In this document: piece after piece, positions 50,691 through 57,079 of the stretch | Position numbering within the stretch: position 1 is the stretch's first letter | How the letters are laid out: every line of letters begins with the position of its first letter | Assembly: GCA_964515175.1 (NCBI GenBank) | Contig: CAZEUR010000003.1 | Span: 1-57,079, forward strand | DNA length: 57,079 nt | Reading direction: 5' to 3' | Origin: an uncultured Holosporaceae bacterium | Lineage (GTDB): Bacteria > Pseudomonadota > Alphaproteobacteria > UBA7879 > UBA5542 | Translations under genes and position numbers: made by a program | Notes under the pieces: generated by a model | The model's database searches: none | Told to the model about the DNA's origin: nothing | What the model saw: the letters and a program-made list of their open reading frames with translations, nothing else

Positions 50691-51257
50691 ATGGCACGTC
50701 AAAAAGTAGAACGGACACAAGAATCAGGATTGATCGATAAGCTCGTCAGTATTAATCGTGTTGCAAAAGTGGTTAAGGGAGGAAAGAATTTCTCCTTTTC
50801 AGCACTCGTTGTAGCGGGAGATGGAAAAGGGCGTGTGGGGTGTGGTCTTGGAAAAGCGAGGGAAGTGCCCGACGCTATTCGAAAAGCAACAGAACAAGCT
50901 CAACGTAAGATGATTCGCGTTCCTCTTAGAGAGGGGCGTACAGTTCATCATGATATTTTAGGGCATTTTGGAGCAGGACGTGTTGTGATTCGCTCAGCGC
51001 CGGCTGGTACTGGAATCAAAGCTGGTGGACCTATGCGCGCTGTATTTGAAGTTTTGGGTGTTCATGACGTTGTTGCAAAGTCTGTGGGGTCTACAAACCC
51101 TCACAACATGGTCAAAGCAACTTTTGATGCCTTGAGGCAGGCGACATCTCCCCGTCAAGTGGCTGCTCGACGCAATAAAAAACTCACAGATGTTGTTGGT
51201 CGTCGTGAAGCAAAGATTGTAGTGACAGTTTCTGAAGGAGAAGGTGCCCATGAGTAA
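50691..51257 (+). CDS. rpsE: 30S ribosomal protein S5
   Basis: [43 protein letters not shown]. Confidence 0.98.
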   Translation: MARQKVERTQESGLIDKLVSINRVAKVVKGGKNFSFSALVVAGDGKGRVGCGLGKAREVPDAIRKATEQAQRKMIRVPLREGRTVHHDILGHFGAGRVVIRSAPAGTGIKAGGPMRAVFEVLGVHDVVAKSVGSTNPHNMVKATFDALRQATSPRQVAARRNKKLTDVVGRREAKIVVTVSEGEGAHE

Positions 51258-51435
51258 GAAGACAGTTACAGTTCAACAGATTGGTAGCCCCATTCGCCGT
51301 AAGGACTATCAAGCTTTGTGTTTGAAGGGGTTGGGTTTGGGAAAAATGAACCGTGTTCGGGTTTTGGAAGATACACCCTCTGTACGGGGCATGATCGATA
51401 AAGTTAAACATTTAGTAGAGATTAAGAGTATATAA
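51250..51435 (+). CDS. rpmD: 50S ribosomal protein L30
   Basis: [29 protein letters not shown]. The ATG at 51250 has a GAAGGAGAAGG upstream and overlaps the rpsE end by 8 nt. Confidence 0.95.
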   Translation: MSKKTVTVQQIGSPIRRKDYQALCLKGLGLGKMNRVRVLEDTPSVRGMIDKVKHLVEIKSI

Positions 51436-51918
51436 ATGAAATTAAATCAATTAAGAGATAATCCTGGAGCAGCTCAGGCGCGTAAGCGTGTTGGGCGTGG
51501 TATTGGGTCTGGTTTAGGAAAAACTTCCGGACATGGGCAAAAAGGACAAAAGTCTAGAACTGGTGTTGCCATAAAAGCATTTGAAGGAGGGCAGATGCCT
51601 TTGCAAATGCGGTTTCCAAAGCGTGGGTTTAAGCGTGGCTTTGCCAAAAATTTTGACGTAATTCTTAACCTAGGGCGCGTTCAAAAGCTTATTGATTTAA
51701 AGAAGATTGAAGACTCCTCTCTGATTTCCTCTGCCATTTTGGCAGAAACAGGCCTTATTCCCAATGCAAACTCAATCGTTCGTTTGTTGGGGAAAGGTGA
51801 ACTTAAGGCCAAGATTAAAATAGAAGCTTCTTACGCCTCTGAAGGGGCCATCCAGGCCGTTCAAAAAGTGGGTGGGGAAGTGATCATAAAAGAAAAGAAA
51901 CAGCCTAAGACGGTATAA
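51436..51918 (+). CDS. rplO: 50S ribosomal protein L15
   Basis: MKLNQLRDNPGAAQARKRVGRGIGSGLGKTSGHGQKGQKSR. Confidence 0.98.
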   Translation: MKLNQLRDNPGAAQARKRVGRGIGSGLGKTSGHGQKGQKSRTGVAIKAFEGGQMPLQMRFPKRGFKRGFAKNFDVILNLGRVQKLIDLKKIEDSSLISSAILAETGLIPNANSIVRLLGKGELKAKIKIEASYASEGAIQAVQKVGGEVIIKEKKQPKTV

Positions 51919-51938
51919 TTAAATTTTAAAGGTTTAGA

Positions 51939-53264
51939 ATGGCATCAGCCGCGGAACAGTTAGCTTCTAACTTGGACTTTCGTCTCTTTTCGAAAGCCGA
52001 AGATCTCAAAAAACGTATTTGGTTTACCCTTTTTGCGCTTATCATTTATCGCTTAGGAACATATATTCCTTTGCCCGGTATCGATATGAGCGTTATGGCA
52101 GATATTGCTAAACGCAATGCCTCTGGCATCTTGGGAATGGTGGATATGTTCTCGGGTGGAGCTTTGTGGCGTATGACCATATTCGCCCTTAACATTATGC
52201 CTTACATTACTTCCAGCATTATTGTTCAGCTTTTGGCGGCAGTTTATCCCCCTTGGGAAGCCTATCGCAAAGAAGGCGAAACAGGACGTAAAAAACTCAA
52301 TCAATTCACGCGTTACGGAACGGTCCTTTTGGCAACGGTTCAGTCTTTTGCTTTGGCAAAAACCCTAGAAACGCAAGGGGCCGTGACGGATCCTGGTCTT
52401 TTCTTTGAGATTTCAACGGTTATTCTCGTTGTGGGAGGAACCATGTTTTTGATGTGGCTTGGGGAGCAAATAACTTCTCGCGGGATTGGGAATGGCATTT
52501 CTCTTATCATCTTCTCTGGGATCGTGGCAAACCTGCCTCAAGCGGCTCTTCGTATGATTGACCTCGGGCGTGAGGGGGAATACCCTATTGGCTTTATTTT
52601 GGCCATTATGGTTTTAATTGTGGTGGTGATTGCCTTTATTATCTACATGGAGCGGGCGCAATATAAAGTTTTGATTCAGTACCCAAAACGTCAAATGGGC
52701 GCCCGTGTTTCTGGGGCAGAAAGCTCTCATCTTCCGTTGAAGCTGAATAGTGCAGGGGTTATTCCTCCTATCTTTGCAAGCTCTCTATTGCTTTTGCCGG
52801 TGACTTTATTAGGAAGTTTTGATGTGGAATCTGAATGGGCCCAAAGCATCATGTTTCATATGAATCGAGGACAGCCATTGTATATTATCTGCTACAGCGT
52901 TTTGATAATTTTCTTTGCCTTCTTCTATACAGCTCTTGTATTTAACCCGGCAGAAACAGCGGAAAACCTTAAAAAATCCGGCGCTTTTGTTCCAGGTATC
53001 CGCCCAGGGGCTAGTACAGCAGATCATTTTGACTATATTCTTACGCGTTTGACTGTTGTGGGGGCGGCTTATTTGGTGGCTATCTGCATCTTGCCGGAGT
53101 TTTTGCAGGCGAAGTATGCGTTGCCTTTTTATCTTGGGGGTACAAGCCTTTTAATCGTTGTGAGTGTGACCATGGAAACGGTGGGGCAAATTCACTCCCA
53201 CTTGCTGGCCCATCAATATGAAGGACTATTAAAGAAATCTCGCTTTAATACAAAAGGTCGTTGA
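51939..53264 (+). CDS. secY: preprotein translocase subunit SecY
   Basis: 441 aa, 10-TM protein with LGTYIPLPGID and GGTMFLMWLGEQITSRGIGNGISLIIF. Confidence 0.99.
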   Translation: MASAAEQLASNLDFRLFSKAEDLKKRIWFTLFALIIYRLGTYIPLPGIDMSVMADIAKRNASGILGMVDMFSGGALWRMTIFALNIMPYITSSIIVQLLAAVYPPWEAYRKEGETGRKKLNQFTRYGTVLLATVQSFALAKTLETQGAVTDPGLFFEISTVILVVGGTMFLMWLGEQITSRGIGNGISLIIFSGIVANLPQAALRMIDLGREGEYPIGFILAIMVLIVVVIAFIIYMERAQYKVLIQYPKRQMGARVSGAESSHLPLKLNSAGVIPPIFASSLLLLPVTLLGSFDVESEWAQSIMFHMNRGQPLYIICYSVLIIFFAFFYTALVFNPAETAENLKKSGAFVPGIRPGASTADHFDYILTRLTVVGAAYLVAICILPEFLQAKYALPFYLGGTSLLIVVSVTMETVGQIHSHLLAHQYEGLLKKSRFNTKGR

Positions 53265-53917
53265 TGAATATTATTTTGTTGGGACCTCCTGGAGGCGGAA
53301 AAGGCACTCAGGCAGATCTCTTAAAAGACCGGTATGGCTTGATGCACCTCTCTTCAGGGGATATGATTCGTCGAGAAATCCAGGAAGGAACAGAGCTCGG
53401 TCTTCAGGCGAAAGAGTATGTTGATTCTGGAAGATTGATGCCAGATAAATTATTGATTGAGATGATTTCCGATATTCTGGATCGCCCTGAATATAAAGTG
53501 GGTGTTATTTTAGATGGCTTTCCAAGAACCTGGGCTCAAGCGGGAGCATTAGAAGAAATGTTGGCTAAAAAAAAACAAAGAATTGACCACGTGATTGAGC
53601 TTTCTGTTGATGAGGCTCTCTTGGTGAGTCGCATTACGGGTCGTTTTTCTTGTGCAGATTGTGGAGCAGGTTATAATGACTTCTTCAAAAAACCCCAAGA
53701 AGAGGGAATCTGTGATGTTTGTGGATCTGAACACTTTCAGCGCCGTAAAGACGATACGGTGGATACGGTAAAAGAGCGATTTAAGATTTACCGAGAACAG
53801 ACGATGCCTATTGTTCCTTATTATGAGGAAAAGGGCGTTCTTGAAGTTTTAGATGGCGCCGCAAAGGTGGAAGAAGTTGCGCGCGCTATAAATAATATCA
53901 TTGAAAAACGTAAATAA
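53264..53917 (+). CDS. adk: adenylate kinase (Cys4 zinc-lid type)
   Basis: MNIILLGPPGGGKGTQ P-loop. The lid has CADC...CDVC. The ATG overlaps the secY TGA by 1 nt. Confidence 0.97.
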   Translation: MNIILLGPPGGGKGTQADLLKDRYGLMHLSSGDMIRREIQEGTELGLQAKEYVDSGRLMPDKLLIEMISDILDRPEYKVGVILDGFPRTWAQAGALEEMLAKKKQRIDHVIELSVDEALLVSRITGRFSCADCGAGYNDFFKKPQEEGICDVCGSEHFQRRKDDTVDTVKERFKIYREQTMPIVPYYEEKGVLEVLDGAAKVEEVARAINNIIEKRK

Positions 53918-53919
53918 GC

Positions 53920-53948
53920 TTGACTCTTTGTGAATTTATCTATAAAAA
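53920..53948 (+). promoter_or_regulatory. candidate alpha-operon promoter
   Basis: TTGACT (53920-53925), followed by TATAAA at 15-nt spacing or TAAAAA at 17-nt spacing (53941-53948), in the 76-nt adk-rpsM gap. Confidence 0.3.
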
Positions 53949-53993
53949 CAGAAAGCCGAATTTATTTTGTATTGAATTGAATAGGAGTACTAA

Positions 53994-54368
53994 GTGGCAC
54001 GTATTGCGGGTGTAAATGTTCCCTCTCAAAAGCGGGTAGAGATTGCTTTAGCCTATATTTATGGTATAGGGCCTACTAAGGCTGTGGAAATTTGTAAGAA
54101 GGCGGGCATTGATTCTGCGCGTCGCGTTTTTCAGCTTTCTGAAGACGAACTGTCACAAATTCGTAATATCATTGATCAAGACTACCAGGTGGAGGGAGAC
54201 CTTCGTCGTGTGGTGGCTATGAATATTAAGCGCTTAGTAGATCTGGGATGCTATACCGGTTTGCGTCATCGCAAAGGACTTCCTGTAAGAGGACAAAGAA
54301 CACACACCAATGCTCGGACGCGTAAAGGAAAAGCGCGACCTATCGCTGGTAAGAAGAAAGCAGTATAA
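53994..54368 (+). CDS. rpsM: 30S ribosomal protein S13
   Basis: GTG start. [29 protein letters not shown]. Confidence 0.98.
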   Translation: MARIAGVNVPSQKRVEIALAYIYGIGPTKAVEICKKAGIDSARRVFQLSEDELSQIRNIIDQDYQVEGDLRRVVAMNIKRLVDLGCYTGLRHRKGLPVRGQRTHTNARTRKGKARPIAGKKKAV

Positions 54369-54377
54369 GGATTTAAA

Positions 54378-54773
54378 ATGGCAGTACAACAAGCAGGACA
54401 AAGATTACGTCGTCGCGAAAGAAAGAATATTACAGCGGCGGTGGCTCATATCAGCGCTTCTTTCAACAATACAATTATCAATATAACTGACTTGCAGGGA
54501 AACACCATTGCTTGGTCTTCCTCGGGTGCGAGTAAGTTTAGTGGTTCCAAAAAGTCTACACCTTTTGCGGCTCAGATTGCGGCTGAAAATGCAGGCAAGA
54601 AAGCGCGGGAGCACGGGGTGAAGACTTTAGATGTGAAAGTTAAGGGTCCGGGATCTGGTCGGGAGTCTGCCTTGCGAGCGTTGTTAGCGGTCGGTTTTTC
54701 CGTTGCAACAATCCGGGATGTAACATCCTTGCCACATAATGGTGTGAAGCCTTCAAAACGGCGTCGAGTTTAA
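54378..54773 (+). CDS. rpsK: 30S ribosomal protein S11
   Basis: [46 protein letters not shown]. Confidence 0.98.
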   Translation: MAVQQAGQRLRRRERKNITAAVAHISASFNNTIINITDLQGNTIAWSSSGASKFSGSKKSTPFAAQIAAENAGKKAREHGVKTLDVKVKGPGSGRESALRALLAVGFSVATIRDVTSLPHNGVKPSKRRRV

Positions 54774-54797
54774 TTTAGAATAGCGGGAGCTTTTAAA

Positions 54798-55814
54798 GTG
54801 ATACAAGAGAATTGGCAGACATTAATAAAACCTACAGATATTAAGATCAAAAATCTTGATAAAGGGATGACACATTCTGAATTAACTATGGAGCCTTTGG
54901 AAAGAGGTTTTGGGTTGACTTTAGGAAACGCTCTTCGTCGGATTCTCCTTTCTTCTATTCGGGGAGCTGCGGTGACCTCCATTCAGATTGAAGGAGTTGT
55001 TCATGAATTCTCCTCGATTCCTGGAGTTCGAGAAGATGTGACGGATATTATTCTCAATATCAAGTCTTTAGCATTGAAGCTCCATAGTGAGACCTCAAAA
55101 AAAATCCATCTTACCCACAAAGGGGCTGGTGTTGTGACAGCCGGTATGCTTAAGACGGGAGCAGATGTTGAAGTTTTGAATCCTGATTTGGTTATCTGTC
55201 ATATGGATGCGGATGCACATTTGTCTATGGAATTGACTGTTGAGCATGGACGTGGATATGTTCCCGCATCTCAAAATCGAAAAGAAGGCATGCCAGTGGG
55301 GGTGATTCCTGTTGATGCTTTGTTTAGTCCCATTAAGAAAGTTTTTTATCGCGTTGATAACACTCGCGTGGGCCAAGTGACGGACTATGACCGATTGGTT
55401 TTGGAAGTGACGACAAACGGCACTGTGTCCCCAGAAGATTCCATTGCTTTGGCGGCACGTGTTTTGCAAGATCAGTTGAAACCTTTCGTGAACTTTGATG
55501 AGCCATTGGACTCAAGAGATAAGAGATATGATGATGCTCAATCTATTCCGAAGGATTTGCTGAAGAAGATTTCAGATTTGGAACTTTCTGTGCGTGCGGC
55601 AAATTGTCTGAAGAGCGACAATATCATTTACATCGGGGATCTGGTTCAGCGTACTGAAGCGGAGATGTTGAAGACGCCAAACTTTGGTCGGAAGTCTTTG
55701 AATGAAATTAAGCATATTTTGGTTGGAATGGGTCTTCATTTTGGAATGGATATTCCAGGGTGGCCTCCTGTTGATATCGAAAACTTAGCTAAAAAATTGG
55801 ATGAAACCCTCTAA
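54798..55814 (+). CDS. rpoA: DNA-directed RNA polymerase subunit alpha
   Basis: 338 aa with a GTG start. [39 protein letters not shown] and a C-terminal domain with [12 protein letters not shown]. Confidence 0.98.
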   Translation: MIQENWQTLIKPTDIKIKNLDKGMTHSELTMEPLERGFGLTLGNALRRILLSSIRGAAVTSIQIEGVVHEFSSIPGVREDVTDIILNIKSLALKLHSETSKKIHLTHKGAGVVTAGMLKTGADVEVLNPDLVICHMDADAHLSMELTVEHGRGYVPASQNRKEGMPVGVIPVDALFSPIKKVFYRVDNTRVGQVTDYDRLVLEVTTNGTVSPEDSIALAARVLQDQLKPFVNFDEPLDSRDKRYDDAQSIPKDLLKKISDLELSVRAANCLKSDNIIYIGDLVQRTEAEMLKTPNFGRKSLNEIKHILVGMGLHFGMDIPGWPPVDIENLAKKLDETL

Positions 55815-55831
55815 GAGATTGAGATAAGAAA

Positions 55832-56296
55832 ATGCGTCATAAAATTGCCGGTCGTAAATTAAACAGAACATCAACCCACCGTCGGGTTTTGTTCCAGAAT
55901 CTTGTTAATTCTTTGATCACTCATGAGCAGATCAAGACAACTTTGCCAAAAGCAAAGGCATTGCGTCCGGTTGTGGAAAAAATCATTACGCTAGCTCGTG
56001 GAGCAGACTTGCATACGCGTCGTGTTCTCATCAGCCGCCTCCAGAGCCAAGAGGTTGTTTCCAAGCTTATGGGAGAAATCACGGACCGTTATAAAGAGCG
56101 CGCCGGTGGTTATACACGTATCCTAAAGGCAGGATTCCGATATGGAGATGCAGCGCCCATGGCTATCATTGCTTTGGTGGATCGCCCTTTGACGAGTACA
56201 GCTCTTGTTGTAGAGGAAGCAGACTCCGTTGAGATCATCGACCAACAGACATCTGAACCAAAAAAAGCTGCTAAGTCAAAAACCAAAAAATCTTAG
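55832..56296 (+). CDS. rplQ: 50S ribosomal protein L17 (with Lys-rich C-terminal extension)
   Basis: [46 protein letters not shown]. Confidence 0.98.
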   Translation: MRHKIAGRKLNRTSTHRRVLFQNLVNSLITHEQIKTTLPKAKALRPVVEKIITLARGADLHTRRVLISRLQSQEVVSKLMGEITDRYKERAGGYTRILKAGFRYGDAAPMAIIALVDRPLTSTALVVEEADSVEIIDQQTSEPKKAAKSKTKKS

Positions 56297-56527
56297 AACT
56301 TTTTCTGATAGTTATCTTTCTGAGATCATCCGGCGACTCTCTTTTGTCTTGGCTTTTATTCAAAGATATAAGGAAATTATTTGCTCGTCCTCAGGAATCT
56401 TTGTCAATCGAGCTTTTAATTTTGCCACAGAAAACTTATGAGAAACGGGCCTCCCATAAGCTTCCTCTCAATGAGGCGAATTTCATCCTTATATCAGCTT
56501 CAGATTACTCATAATCCCTGAAGGAGT

Positions 56528-56995
56528 TTAGGTGTTTAGTCCCAACATGTGATGGGTAGGATTTACAATAAACCTATTCGGCTCATTTTGCCAAGTTTTT
56601 AGAATGAACTCATAAGGAGTTAATCCCTTAAGAGTTTTGAGTCGTTTGGCAAAGTTATAGGCATTCACAAAGTTGTAGAGGTGCTGTCTGAGCTGATGAT
56701 GATTATCATAGTAGTAGCGTTTAACTGTGGCGTCTTTAAGAGTTCTGTTCATGCGTTCAACCTGACCATTTGTCCAAGGATGCTTAACTTTTGTAAGGCG
56801 ATGCTCAATTTCATTTTCGCAACAGACTCGATCAAAGATATGCATCCAAGCGAATGTATCGACCTTTCGATTGGTAAATTGGATTCCATTATCAGTAAGG
56901 ATCGTATGGATTTTATAAGGGACAGCCTTGATGAGATTGCGTAAAAATTGAGCAGCCTCCATCTTGCCGTGTTTCTCTAGAAGTTCTACATAACG
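56528..56995 (-). mobile_element. IS481-family (rve/DDE integrase) transposase, 3' fragment only
   Basis: ILTDNGIQF (second D) and KHPWTNGQVERMNRTLK (E) are present, with C-terminal GLTPYEFI...GLNT. The reading frame opens just after a TGA at 56996-56998. The N-terminal HTH and first catalytic D are absent, and upstream frames show no transposase-like sequence. Confidence 0.8.
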
Positions 56996-57079
56996 TCAAT
57001 TCGGGATTAGAGATGGGAGGAATGGGCATAAGGGCTTGATTTTTTGAGCAGGCACGGTAAGATTCCTTCAAATTAGTTG

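Noticed and set aside
1-57079. Scan for CRISPR arrays, prophage or integrase genes, toxin-antitoxin pairs, restriction-modification or other known defence genes, and for secretion-system clusters.
   Set aside because: I saw no regularly spaced short repeats. Every ORF of meaningful length is accounted for by housekeeping genes, the accessory genes listed above or shadow ORFs. The only mobile-DNA trace is the IS481 fragment.

Overview
This window is a moderately AT-rich alphaproteobacterial chromosome segment. Supporting evidence: split pntAA/pntAB, ATP-synthase b plus b-prime subunits, an NDUFS6-like zinc-finger gene and the tRNA-tuf-secE-nusG-rplKAJL-rpoBC order. A reduced-genome or host-associated lineage is my inference only. 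Layout: (i) 1-14.8 kb is a 20-gene co-directional minus-strand array with gaps of 77 nt or less: dsbA-like, atpI-B-E-F2-F, a sugar dehydrogenase, lptB, hpf, atpH-atpA, znuCBA-like, yajC-secD-secF, pntAA-pntAB and the first codons of pntB. (ii) 14.9-24.3 kb is the only accessory-looking stretch: a secreted subtilase-like protein, pgpA, a small zf-CHCC gene, tRNA-Arg, a DegT-type aminotransferase, a 1044-aa autotransporter and an 848-aa double glycosyltransferase. (iii) 24.4-56.3 kb holds tRNA-Tyr/Gly, tuf, tRNA-Trp, secE-nusG-rplKAJL-rpoBC, an inserted csaA-like gene, then the str/S10/spc/alpha ribosomal operons. (iv) The window ends in an IS481-type transposase remnant. Most notable: a single in-frame TAG inside otherwise intact fusA; two apparently base-identical tuf copies 16.9 kb apart; the tRNA-bracketed aminotransferase/autotransporter/double-GT module (a possible surface-glycosylation unit, speculative); a subtilase with Glu at the catalytic Asp position and an IQ-like C-terminal motif; and an F-ATPase gene set that is interrupted and lacks atpGDC. 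I saw no CRISPR array, prophage, toxin-antitoxin or recognisable defence system. No finding here is proven novel without database searches.
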